DNA of 64,000 nt from contig NC_087436.1 in NCBI RefSeq assembly GCF_036321535.1, positions 25,050,001 to 25,114,000 of the forward strand, read 5' to 3'. Below are positions 25,310 through 37,510 of this stretch, in pieces (the stretch's first letter is position 1; each line of letters begins with the position of its first letter). Made by a program: the position numbers and the translations under genes. The notes beneath the pieces are model-generated. The model made no database searches. It saw only the letters and a list, made by a program, of their open reading frames with translations, and was not told the origin of the DNA. This DNA is from Camelus dromedarius. Taxonomy: Eukaryota.

Positions 25310-26515
25310 TTTCAGAGGCCCTCCGTTGGCGCCCTCTTCTGTGCTGCTCCCAGCACCTGTTGGCAAGCAGATCGCGCCTCCTCCTAACACTGGGTCAGCT
25401 GCAGCTCTCTGCTGTGGGCGGGCGGGTCGCTGCCCCTCCGGATGCCGCAGTCAGATGTTGTAGACTGGCCAGGTAGGAGGGCGGGTTGTGCCCCCTCCCA
25501 GCACCTCGGTCAGGGGCTGTGTTCCTGCCCGAAAGGCGGGGGGGAACCGCTCTCGTTCTACCTGCGCCGCCGGTAGCTCAGCTGCTCTGTGTGGCTGCGC
25601 GCTCCGCCCCGGTCCGCGCTCCGCCCTGGTTGGCGCTCCGCGGGTGGGCTCGGGGAAGACCGAGGGACAGCCCTGTCCCTGCTTCGAGCCAAAACCCAGC
25701 TCCTTGTTTGTCTTTGTGGAGCAAGTTCTCTGAGGGACCAGGATGGAAGGATCCTATCTGCCCCGGGCTGCAGGCCAGTCCCAGTCTGGCCTTTGAGGCT
25801 GCTAAGCCCTTCGGTGCAGATGCAGGTTTCGCCCCCGCCCCCGCCTGGGTGCTAAGCGCGGAGGATGTGGCGGCTGTGCCTGAGCGCCGCCTCTCTTCCC
25901 CTGGAAACTTTCCGCAGGTTTCAGAGATGGGGGTGTGCACCGTTCCCCCGAGAGCACATCAACCTTGCTGTTTTATGGAGGGCCCAGGTTGTTCTGCCCT
26001 GTGCACCCACAGCCACGGCGCGCAGCCCCTTGCATTCCCCAGGGGCTGCCTCCGTGCAGCCACTTCTGTCCTCCACCTGGCTTGTGCAGCCTGGCCCTGC
26101 CCATGGCTGCCTGCCCGCGTCTCAGGCTGGGTGTCGGGGGGACGCTCTGTGCCCGTTTAACTTAGTTCTGTTAGTCAAGGGCTGCTCTGTACAGATCCGA
26201 GCCTCGGAGGCTCCCCCTCCGTCCCGCTGGCCTCTTAGTTGGATAGGGGAGACCCAGCGAGCGAGCGCCAGTCCTCCTTTGCCGCTCCCTCCCCTCGGGA
26301 CCCGTCCCGTGCTGCTTTGCCTTTTGTTCTTTCTTTTTTCCTTTTCTCCTACCAGATTTTTGGCGTCTTTATCTTTTGAAGAGGGCAATGTTCTGTCGGA
26401 GTTCCGCAGGTGCTGTGGTTGGCTGAGTGGGTCTGTAGTTGTGGGTCTTGGTGTATCTGTGGGAGAGGGTGACCTGCGAGCATCCTTCTACTCCGCCATC
26501 TTCCGGAAATCCATC
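25310..26515 (-). promoter_or_regulatory. L1 internal promoter (CpG island) with a YY1-type motif at the 5' tip
   Basis: Only long GC/CpG-rich tract in the window. AAGATGGCGG on the minus strand at 26493-26502. Several GGGCGG boxes. Confidence 0.85.
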
Positions 26516-27004
26516 GATGGCATATCTAAATAGAGGGAGAAACACTCACTCACTAGATGGTCCAGGTGGACCTCTAGGGATGAGGGAAGGGACGCCAGGT
26601 GAGCATGTTCCGAAGATCAGAGGTGGTGGCTACACTGGATTCTCGGGAAGGCAGGAGGTATTAAAAGAGACTGTGCAACATCTCGGGGTTATGTTCAGAT
26701 GTTCAAAATTCCTGGTACTGAGGTAGAGTGAATTTACTCCACATATAACGGAAAGAAGAACTGGAAGTTTCTGAGGGAAATACCGGAGAGAGGAGTAAAG
26801 AATCCAGAGTCTAATATTGCAGGAAGGAAAGGAGAGACCAAAAGAAGAAGAAAGAAAGAAAAAAAAAAAATCGTCCATGGAGGTTTAGCTGAAGAGGATG
26901 TTAGAGGCAAAAATATCTGAGGAGTTTTAAGTGCTTTGTTGTGGAGTATGAAATGTTAACAGTCTCCTTATGCAACTGGCAGAAAATCTACATTGTTCAC
27001 ATAT

Positions 27005-27040
27005 TGTGCGTGCGCGCGCGTGTGTGTGTGTGTGTGTGTG
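27005..27040. repeat. (CG)n(TG)n alternating purine-pyrimidine microsatellite
   Basis: tgtgcgtgcgcgcgcg followed by (tg)10. Confidence 0.9.
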
Positions 27041-28268
27041 AATTCCTTAGAACCAGAGAAGTAATGAATTTGCAACCAGTTTTTCTCAGAAAGAGCAAAA
27101 AAGTGCATATGTTGGTGAACTTCAGAACAAGACAATTAGGAAAAAGCTAACGTAGAGTTTAAGTATTTCTTTTCGTTTCTGAACAAAAATCAAACCAAAG
27201 CAATTTTGTGAGAGGCAAAAAAGGACCGTGATTGTGTTTGATAAAATCTGGCCTAAGAAAAAATACTAAAGTGCAATTAGAATGAAGGAGCCTGAAGGAA
27301 AGGAAGGAAAGATTATGTTAATTGTTATTATTGTAATTATTAGTAATTATTTTGAAATAGACTGATGTTGAATATTGCCACACTACTTAACTATGCCAGT
27401 GTTGTTAGTGTTTTATTTTTAAACTGTTTTTGATTATGTAAATCCTTGGTGTATCTGAACCCAGAACTCTCCTTTTATCCCTCTAGGGATTTTATGCTAA
27501 AGTTGAAATAACAAGCTTGGTGCTGTCATGATATGCCAATTCAAACAAAATGAGGAGAGATCAAATGATAGCCAAGTAGGATATGTGGAGATGTGTATTG
27601 AGTTGCATCATATTCTGATTTTCTGTTGATGTTCTTCCCTCTGTTTGTCCTTGAAAACTAGGGAAACCTCTCAGCTCCTCCTATACAGAGGCAGCCTGTC
27701 TTAAGTTTTAAGGGCTAAAAAGTACCTTTGAGATGATTGACTTCCCAGTCTGTGCTGGAGACTGACAGTGTCTGATCAAGATCTAGCCTCTATTTGAACT
27801 CTTTCAGTGTTCACAATGCTGACAATTACATTTTCTGAACCACTCTAATTATTAAGACATTTTATGTAAGCAACAGGATGTTCAGTGGAATTTTCTGTTT
27901 TCTCCAGAGGCCCAGATTGGAGAAGAAAACATTCCACATCAAGGAGCTAGACTTGTAAGATGGGTGATCCTAACCTGGGTCTGCCTACCCACAGGCATGT
28001 GTAAAAGATAGAGGTTGAAGAGGCTTTAGGGAAGAAACTTCTTTGGAGAATGTTTTCTGTGTGTTACTGGGGACAGAGGGAGGCGGGAAAGAGTAGATAC
28101 TTTCCTCCACACTCTAAGTGAAAAGGCTTCAGGAAGGATCCAATTTCAATGAATGAGATGAGTGAGGTTTCATATTTCAATGAATGAGAGATTTCCCTAA
28201 CTGACATATGTGTTGGTCAAGCTCTTGATGTTTGAAGACCTGTTACTCGAGTTATTATTAAATAGCCT

Positions 28269-28941
28269 TCTTACCAAACCAAACTTAGGTCTGCTTGCCC
28301 CCACAGTAAAGCTAATCTATTGACATCAGACTGTGGTAAAGGAAAGTGCAGCGTTTATTGCAGGGCTTGTACAAGGAGTCTGGGGCAGCTAACAGTCAAA
28401 AAAACCCGAACTCCCCAATGGGTTTCAGAGAAGCATTTTTAAAGGCCAGATGAGGGAGGGGAGTCTCAGGGAGTGTGATCAGCTGGTACACAATTCTCTG
28501 ATTGGTAGATGGTGAGGTAACAGGGCAGTGTCACAGAGGTTATAACACTATCAATCCTTAGGCTCCAGCTGGTCTGGGAGCTAAATGCTCATGGTCATCA
28601 TATAGTTAACTTCTTCCATCTGGTGGGGGTTTTGGTATCTGTAAAACAGCTCAGGAAATGTGCATCAAATAGTGTTATCTATGTATTTCAGGGAGGAACT
28701 AACGATTCTGTGACTGCCATATGGCTGATTTACTGTTTAAATTCTTACCAGTTCTCCTGGCCCAGCTGCTACTTCTGTTACTGCATGTTCACATTCTTTC
28801 AATCATTAACTCTTGAGCCAGGCTTTTGTGACTCAGGGGAGGCCTGGGAGACGACAGCTTTTCTACAAACAAGAGGCAGGCAGAGGACATGGGGGGAGGC
28901 GTCTTTCCCAGGGAGGTCCCCTAGGGTCCTGTTGGGTTGCA
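28269..28941 (-). mobile_element. ERV1 solo LTR
   Basis: ttaccaaaccaaacttaggtc...ggaaagtgcagcgtttattgcagg (AATAAA on minus), ttttaaag (TATA-like on minus), and the end gggtcctgttgggttgca. Confidence 0.75.
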
Positions 28942-31900
28942 GTCTTATGGAGGCTGTGTCTGCAGCTGCCCCTTCCTGGTGGCAGAGGGAAGAGAATCTC
29001 TGGGAATGAGGTGCCTTTGCTCTAGCTGTGTCCTCCCCAACATGTAGACTTAAATCCTGCTGAAGGGAACTGGTTGTAGGTCAGGTTGAAAGGAGTGTTA
29101 CCCAAAAGGACTGACTAAAGGGGCAAGGAGACCTCAGCAGAGGGTACCACTGGAGCCTGGAGTAACCGTAATCAGCCAGCTGGGGAAGCAGACTTGCTCA
29201 GGTTGAGTGACCTGCAGATGGAAATCCTCAGTAGAAGAGCTATAAAAACACCAGTGAGATGATCGATCATCGTAAAAGCCCTGATAGTATCTCTATCAAC
29301 CTCACACAACCAAGCCATTTCCTCCTAACCCTCTCTCACTACTTGGGTCTGACCCTGGAGCCATCAAATGAGTAGCCAGGGAGTGAGGAGAGGAGGGGTA
29401 GCTAGGAAGAGAGAGGAGTAATTAGGAAGTTACTCACACATTTCTGACTTCCAGTCCTGATACTGGGGCAGGGCAGGAGAGGAGAGCGTCAAAGAGGTAA
29501 GGTTCAGAATCTTTATGTTGTTGAACGGGACTTTTACAGTTACTGAAATGGGATTGTTCTTGTGACTAAATGGATCTAAGAGGCTGGCCCTAGATGTCAT
29601 CATTTCTGGGCAGAGAGGAATGCCCTTAGAGTGTCTGAATGGGCAGAGGGGAAATTTTTCTTCTTCCCCTTCTTTCCTTTCCTTCCTTCCCTGCTTTCTT
29701 TCTGTTTGCACCTGCTGTCTTTTCTATTTGAGTCCAGTTGATTTGGTAAATGAATTACACTTAAACTGATGGTAATCTGGTTTCCTTTCACTTCACAAAA
29801 ACTTTGGTTATATTCTTGTCTCTGAGGATAGACCTAAAAATATATATTTATTTACCATATTGAATACTTCCAAAGATTTGAAAATAGCATTTATAGGCCC
29901 CCTGAAATCTTGACACTCAAGGTCCAAAATTTCCTAACAGTCCAGCCATTTTCCATACCAGTGTGTTTACATCCTCTGCCAGCCTGGTCACCCTCCTCCC
30001 ATATTATTCTCAGTTTACGTCATTCCTCTTAAAACTGAGGTTTGTCTTACAAATGTAAACATAGGGAGGCTTGTCTTGCCAGTGATCCTGTCAAAGCACA
30101 TTGCAAAATTGTATTAAAAAACCTCTGTAACACTTTGGGACAAGGAATAGCCTAATCATTGTGATAAAGCACATATTAAAAGTATAAATTAACAATTTTA
30201 AAATAAACTAGTGATAAAGGTCAATTTTGAATCATATGTATTTAAAAAATAAGACCTTTCTTCCATTTAGGTGGAATAGATGGGTAGCCAATATGATATG
30301 ACTTGACAATTGGCATTATGCAAAAAGTGGTTTTCTATACCAATGCTGAAAATGCTAGTGATTTTCATCTGTTTTTCACTGACCTTCTGTATGATATTGG
30401 CAAAGTCCCCAAACATTCTAGTGTTCTCTTTCCCATACAGTGAAGAGCTGGATAGGACTGAATTCAATTCCTTAAGCATTTATCATATGAGTACTAAATA
30501 AGCTAGGATTCTAGTCTGAAAGAATTTCAGTCAGAGTGAAATACACAAATGTCCAACTAATGCAGGTATAGAACAGATTGGGATAAAATAAAGGAATGTA
30601 AACATCATCAAAGTACCTATTGGCCCTCAAAAAATATCTGTTGAACAACTGAATTCAGTGAGATCCAAGGAAGAAAGATTCATGTTTCTTCCAGTTTTAG
30701 AATTCACTGATTTTTGTACTGATTTTCATTTTGGAAGAGCTTCTTCCTTTTATTTATAGTATTATTTAGGAGTGTAAATATCCATAAGGTACAACTTATT
30801 AAACATATAATGCATCTTGTATATGAATTTAGGTCATTTTCACATTGAGCTTCACGTTAGTACCAGATTGCTGGAGAATAGAAGGCAACTTGTCGGCAGA
30901 GGAAGGCAGACAAGAAGAGGGAGAAAATGACACTTAGAAAAGGTAAATGTAAAGGAGTGAAAACTGTTGCTTCTCCCTCCCAAATTTTCTAAGGTTGTTC
31001 ATGTAGTCCCAGGTCAGTGAACCCCAAATTGCTTGAAGTATTTTTGCTCAAACACAGCATGTGTTTTAAAAACCCATTCAAAGTGACAGAAAGTTTGGAT
31101 AATGAGCTAGAGCTGAGATCAAAGTCTGACAACTTTCAATCATGAAATGGGAGCTAAACAGAGCCTGGTGGAAACCAATTCTATGCAAGAATGAAGAGTC
31201 TCAAAGAGCTTGAGGTTAGGGTGGGTGAAACAGGAAGTGAGAGAATGTCACAGCTGGTTTCCCCCCCCCCCAATTTTGTAATTCTAGCTTTGTATGTGTC
31301 GCAGGAAGTCACTGATGCTGGCCTGACTCACAAAAAGGATAATCAGACAATAATGTGATTTGATGTCATTGAATAAAGCATATATTAGGAAATCATTTTA
31401 AGTGTGTGTAGATGCAGTCAGAGGAGGGAGAGCTGTTACTGTACGTGGATACAAAAATTTTTAATAGTACAAAGTAGCTTTTTTGACCCAATGATTAGTT
31501 TGGACATGTGCAATTAGATTAAAAGCTCAAATGGATGTATATATTGGCAGAAAAAGAGATATTATCTGATGGAACTTAGAAAAGAAGTAACTATTATTCT
31601 GTCTGAAGTAGAGTTCATATAGCTCTTGGCACTTAGCAGAAACAATTATGACCACTGGGGCCGTGAACTATTCAGTGGGCTGTGGCACATGCTGTAACTG
31701 TGTGATCATGTACCTCCCACATCTCAAGAATGGCTACAAATGCAGTCATTTAATCTTAGCTTTTATGTGTGAAGCTAATAATTTTCTCATGATAGATTCT
31801 ACAAAAGTTAGTTGTCTTCATGAGACGTGAAATAGAGCTACTTTTTGCTCTACCTTTTATTATTTTAAGTGTATTCAGTGATTCTTAAGGGTTAGTTTCT

Positions 31901-32662
31901 TGATTATTCCTATTCCTTAAGTTTCTACCTTCACTTATGCTCTTTTATGCTTGTTTTCAGCCATTTTAATTCTCATCTGAACTTCACCTACAAGCCAATT
32001 AGGTGAAAGATGTCAAATTACCCATTTTATTTAACAAAAATCATTTAGAGGGATGCCTTTTAGGGTGCAGGCTAATTTTAGTCTTCTGAATGATTTATTG
32101 ATTTTAGTTATTGTGCTTTTAGGTTTATTACTCATGATCACACTATGTATTTATGAGCCAGTAATACCACATGACTTTTTAATAAAGATCATCTGGCTTT
32201 ACCCATTAAGGAAGCAACAGAGAAGGCAAAAGCTCTTACTTTGGGGGATGTATGCTTTTTATTTAAACCTTTGAGAATGAAATTTCTAATGACATACGTG
32301 CTTGGGATGCATCTGCTTTAACAGAAGTATTGTTAAACTACTCTCACAGTTGTGTATATAAATACTGAGCTATTTCAGCTTCAATTTTAACTGAAATCCT
32401 AATGTAATAGATGCTAACTGTGCCCATGGTCCGAAAGGAGATGCTGAACCATCTCTGTGGGACTTTAAAGGAAGTGGGTGTTGGGTGGTTAGGGGGTGTT
32501 TTCCTCTCACTTCAGTGCAGTAAAAGGAGCTGTAAAGAAATCATTCGGAGATCTTGAGGGACATTGAGGATTGGTACTTGAATCATGCTTAAGAAAAGCA
32601 AAAGGTGAGCATCAGCTTGAGGATCCAGTGGCAGTAGAGCTATCCTTGGGATGGTGGGTATG

Positions 32663-33109
32663 TGTTATGGACTGAATTGCTTCTCCTCCAAAACTATGTT
32701 GAAGTCCCAAACACCAATACTAATAACTGTAATTTGGAAGTAGTCTTTGTAGATGTAATCAGTCAAGATGACACAATACTGAATTATGGTGGGTCCTAAT
32801 TCAATAATACTAGTGTCCTTATAAGAAGAGAAGAGACAGATACCCCAGGGAGAAAATGACTGTGTGATGACAGCGGAGGAGATTGGAGTGATGTATCTGA
32901 AAACAAGGAACACCACGGATTACTGGCAAATACCAGAAGTTAGAAGAGGCCAGGAGTGATTTTCTCCTACAGGTTTCTGTGTGAGCATGGCCCTGCCAAC
33001 ACCTTCTTTTGGACTTCTAGTCTCCAGAATTGGGAGATGATACATTTCTATTATTTTAATCCACCCAGTTTGTGTTAGTTTGTTAGGGCAGCCCTAGAAA
33101 ACTAATACA
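32663..33109 (+). mobile_element. MaLR solo LTR (MLT1C-like)
   Basis: tgttatggactgaattg...gcagccctagaaaactaataca. TSD gtatg/gcatg. Confidence 0.9.
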
Positions 33110-34199
33110 GCATGTAATTGCACTCCTAATGACAGCAGAGTGTAGTCAGTTTCCCAGGGACAGATTGTGAGCCATAGGAGAGAAGGAGAGGTATAGGGTC
33201 ATTTTAGGTCTTGTTCAAGAAAACTGCTTGAAAGGGCAAAGAAAACTCAGCAGAAAGATGTTGGAAGTATACAGCCAGAGGCCCAAGGGCTTAGAGAAGA
33301 ATTCTAAGCAATCATCCAAGGAGTATCTGCATTGAGAACTGTTAAGTTTTCTTGTGATGAGGGTCTCCCAAGAACCCATGAATGCTCTAATAAAGGAAAG
33401 GATCTGCTTTAAACTCCAATACAGCCACACTGGTACCTATTATGTAGGACCTATCCTGCTCTTTTTCCTAGGCTCTACCTCCTCTGTTTAGAGTCTGGAA
33501 AGGTAACACATTCATAATAGCGAGCAGAGGGAAGAGATTTTGAAATATAAAGAGGAGAAAAAGAGAAGGAGACAATCATTCATTCTAGCTTCCTCCACTG
33601 TAGATGGAAAATATGAATCAGGGAAGAAGCTTTAGCACTGAATCAAATACAGAAGTGGTATTACACTGGGCAGAACATAGTCATTAATATCCCAGAACTG
33701 CCTGGGAGACTGAAGAAGGCTTTTTAATTATGTGAGCTTTATCAGAAAAATGGGACTTTCCCTAGATGCCATGTAAGATGAAAGTATGGGAGGGGGGACT
33801 TGAAGTTGGAATAATCACCTTTGAATGGATGCATACAGCAGACTCAAGAGAAGAATAAAGTTGTTTTCCATTTCACCCTGTGAGTCTTGTTCAATGTATT
33901 AGAAACTTTAGACACCTTATATGAAAAACTTTTTCCAGACACATTACTTTATTTTATTTTATTCTGACAAGAGGCTTTTGAGAAAAGTGGGGCAGATAAT
34001 AGTGATAAATAAATGAAAGAAGTGAACAGACTGTCCATACTCTGACAAGGAGGTATTCTTCCTCTCTGATTGATTTCAGTGATAATTATTATCAATGTTT
34101 TTCTCTCTTCATTAGTAAATGCAAGATTCTTGAAAGTATCAATTTTTTTAAAAATCAGAAATTCAATTACATTTGACCCAAAAAGGAAATAACACTTTC

Positions 34200-35355
34200 A
34201 CAGATTTTGGTCTTAGCAGTTCACTTTCTCTATTGTTTTACTGATTTCTGTTTCATTGATTTCCACTCTGATCTTTTTCTTTTCTCTAATTACTTTAGAT
34301 TTATTTTGCTTTTCTTATTCTTCAGTTGGAAACTGATACCTTTGTTTTTGCTAATACAGGCAAATTAGTGCTATAAATTTTCCTCATGTATTGCTTTGGC
34401 TGCATCACACAAATTTTGATATGAACATTTTTATTTAATTTAAAATAGTTTCTAATTTCACTTTTGATTTCTCCTTTGACCCATGGGTTATTTAGTAGAG
34501 TGTTATTCAGTTTCCAAATATTTGGAGGTTTTCCAGAGATCCCTCTATTGTTGATTTCTAATTTAATTCCATTGTGGTCAGAGAAGGTATTTTGTATGAC
34601 TTGAACTCATTTTAGCTTGACCCAGCTTTCCTCTCTCTACACTGTTGGCCTGGAAACTCTACTTAAGGAAGTAAGCTGGGACATAGTAGGCACTATCTTA
34701 TTTATTTCCTATTTTGCAAGGATCACTGTCATTCATTGAGGAGGGAGATAAAACTTTTCTAATGCCCTCTTAAGATCTCCAGCTAAGCCTGAGAATGAAG
34801 TTGACATAAGAAAGAGCAACAGGAGAAAAGCATACAAGTTTTATTATTACATGTGCTTGTGAACCTTCAGTGGGAAAATAAAGTCCCAAATGATTAGGCC
34901 TAAGTGCTCATATACTAGGTTGAACAAACAGTAGTAATTGTTGAAAAGTAATTAACACATAGGGGAAGCTAAAGGAAAGGGAGGGTTATTTTAACAAGAT
35001 CTGTTTGTACAGATTTCTCTTAGCCTTGACCCTGTTTTTCATGATAAGAATGTTCTTTTCCTCTTGGCACACGAAGGGCACCTTTCCTTGGGATTTTTAC
35101 CTCTTGCTTATTAGGAAGAAAAGGGGAGATCAGCAGATTTTTCTTGAATCTGATGTTTTTCAGATGCCTTTAGCTCAAAATACTCAACATACCAAACCAA
35201 CATACTTTGAAGTAGCATGCTCTAAACTTCCTTATTTCAGACCCCCTTATGTCCAATGTCTTAAGAACTGTTGTTTTATATATTTTGTCTGGATTTTCAG
35301 TTGTTTCAGACAAGAAAATATGGTTCTTGTTACTCCATCTTACTTAGAAGTACAA
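34200..35355 (-). mobile_element. Old L1M fragments (EN region and 5' end) interrupted by an LTR
   Basis: 34200-34610 resembles 22420-22850. gatcactgtc...tgtccaatgtct...tatattttgtc resembles an L1M 5' end split by the LTR at 34737. Confidence 0.7.
34737..35234 (-). mobile_element. ERV1 (MER4-group-like) solo LTR
   Basis: aacaggagaaaagcatacaagttttatt (AATAAA on minus) and terminal ctcaaaatactcaacataccaaa...catgctctaaacttcctta. Confidence 0.65.
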
Positions 35356-35649
35356 GTTTACATTGAAGTTATTTTTTAATGTGCTTTTATTGAAGCTGGT
35401 ATGTCTGGGTTTTTGATTTAGCTCTGTCTATAAACAAAACTGAGAATGTAATAGGAAGAATCTGTAGAAAGTGGGCAAAATATGTGCTTGGGTATTGTCT
35501 GCCATAAAGAATCTGCAGTAAGGAGAAAGATAGTGAGATTTACCAAGTGTATAGAATCAGACCACACCATGTTTAAAAACAAATAAATAACTAATCAGAC
35601 TCTGGAGGACACTCTGAATACAACATTGTAGTTAACCATGGAGATGAAA

Positions 35650-36062
35650 TGTTACAGAAACGACAGGCCAGTCAAGAAACAAGCACCACTTGGAGGGTTG
35701 GAGTACTCAGATGTATTACGCCGGCGGGCTCAGAGCGGCTTCTGCTCCGAAGCTCTGAGCACCTTCAAGATGTGCACATGAGGTTTTATAGGGTAAAGTA
35801 CAAGCTTGGGGTATTTGGCCAATAGGCATGGAACAGCTTTAGCAGCATTATCATCACAAAAGTGGAGGCAGGGAGGCAGCAAACCAACATTCCAAAGCCA
35901 GATATGTATCTTTGAAAATCCAGCTGGCTAGCAAAAAACATAAACAGCAAACCAACACTGATGAACTTAGATTTACAAGTTAGTCCAGCAGAACTCAGAT
36001 CAGTATTCCAATACTTAGACTTGTGAGTTATCTTGTTAGACCAGCCCAGCTTTTCCTTCACA
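35650..36062 (-). mobile_element. Solo LTR, apparently young
   Basis: TG...CA ends, TATAAAA on minus near 35784-35790, AATACA variant poly(A) signal near 35713-35718, and retained CpGs. Confidence 0.7.
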
Positions 36063-36957
36063 ATAGTATATAACAGACAAGCTCAAGCTGACGTATATGA
36101 AAGGTAAGGTTCTAGTTTTTGTGTTGCTGCTGTGAGATATTACCAAGTGACTTATAGAAGTATCATTAATAAAAATAATATATTGGATTGGAAATAGTTT
36201 TCTGGACAACATTCACAGAGATTCTGATCTAATAAATTTGAAGTGAGGTCCTAAAATCTCTATAAAGCTCCATACTGGTAACAGTGATACAAAACTAGTT
36301 TGGGGGAACCACTAGACTACATGGTGTCTTAAATTATTTTTCAGCCTTAGGCTTATCTATATTTAACTTTAATAATGATAATAATAGCTATCATTCATTG
36401 GACACTTACCATTCATTGTCTTGGATACCTTACACACATATCTTGTAATTAAACAGTCTCCCATGGTGCATTTTATTAAGCTGATTTTCTAAAAGTTGAC
36501 ATTTCTTCGTTTGGAAGGGGCCAGTAGTTTGCCCAAGGCTACTTGTTGAGTCTACCTAGAAACTGATAAAATTAGATTTTATTTTCACTCCGGCATCAAA
36601 GCTGTGATTTTTCTATTTCATCATGGTACCTACAAAAAGACTTCACTCCATGTAGCCTTAATTGTTTTAATATTATTAGTTGATTTCAGTCCAATGTGTT
36701 GAAGGTAGAGGTTTATTTTACAAAGAAAGGATTTTACAAACTTTATGAAAGAGAAGCATGAATAGAAATGGCCTATAGATAATGGTCAAGTAATTTTAAG
36801 ATACCAGTACTTTACTAAACACTTATTTGTACTATGCTAAGAGCTGTACTACATTATTTCAATGATTTTACATATTCTAAAATTTCTTAGTGAAAATTTG
36901 TCCACTATTTAGTGATATTATAAATTTAATGCATATAATGACTTACACCCTTCACAT

Positions 36958-37510
36958 TGTTACTGAGTCCAATCTTATAGTTCTCACTTCTTGAAAGGCC
37001 AATAACTAAAGAGATGAAGTGTTGGGGCAAGGAAGCCACTTTATTTGGAAAGCCATCAGACTGAGAAAATGGTGGATAGTGTCCCAAAGAATCATCTTGC
37101 CCAAGTTAGAATTCGAGTTTCTTTTATACTAGAAATGGAGGGTGTGTGGCTGGTTGTTGCAGACTTCTTGGTGCCAGCCAGACCTGGGCGGGGGATGTGG
37201 TAATTCCTTGTTCTTGCAACTATCTGTGTAGGTCTGGTCATGATGTTCCTGTAAACCTTCACAAAACAAATGTTATTTTCTTCTCTTCAGCTTTTTATCT
37301 GTATATGAATGAAAAGTGTTAGGGGTTTGAAGGTCAAGCCTGGGAGGCAGAGCCTTGAGAAAGGGCTATTATGTATATTTTAGGCTATAGGCAACATTCT
37401 TTTACTGATTGAGGAGACAAAAGTGCAGAGCCAGGATGACTAAGCACAGGCAACAGAGCACAAAGGTTACAGCTAAGGGAACAGATCTAATCTGAAGTCA
37501 GGTTTGTTCA
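36958..37510 (-). mobile_element. ERV1 solo LTR (MER41-like), second copy
   Basis: Reverse complement aligns by eye with 9009-9506, e.g. tgttactgagtccaa, gttggggcaaggaa, catgatgttcctgtaaacc. Confidence 0.82.

Larger units (their letters stand above)
19372..26515 (-). mobile_element. Full-length young LINE-1 (about 7.1 kb)
   Basis: Perfect 12-bp TSD gatggcatatct at 19360-19371 and 26516-26527. Poly(A) tail (T-run 19371-19382), AATAAA at 19404-19409, ORF2, ORF1, and a CpG-rich 5'UTR starting GATGGATTTCCGGAAGATGGCGG. Confidence 0.98.

Noticed and set aside
25486..26160. 224-aa ORF and overlapping ORFs in the L1 5'UTR
   Set aside because: TTG start and stop-poor GC-rich sequence; expected by chance.
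28950..33890. Ancient Gypsy-like LTR remnants near 29000-29620 and 33130-33890
   Set aside because: Only a short shared motif (ccctagatg) and a general resemblance; too weak to call or delimit.
9009..37510. The two MER41-like LTRs as ends of one provirus
   Set aside because: Opposite orientation, 27 kb apart, diverged, and no gag/pol/env between them.
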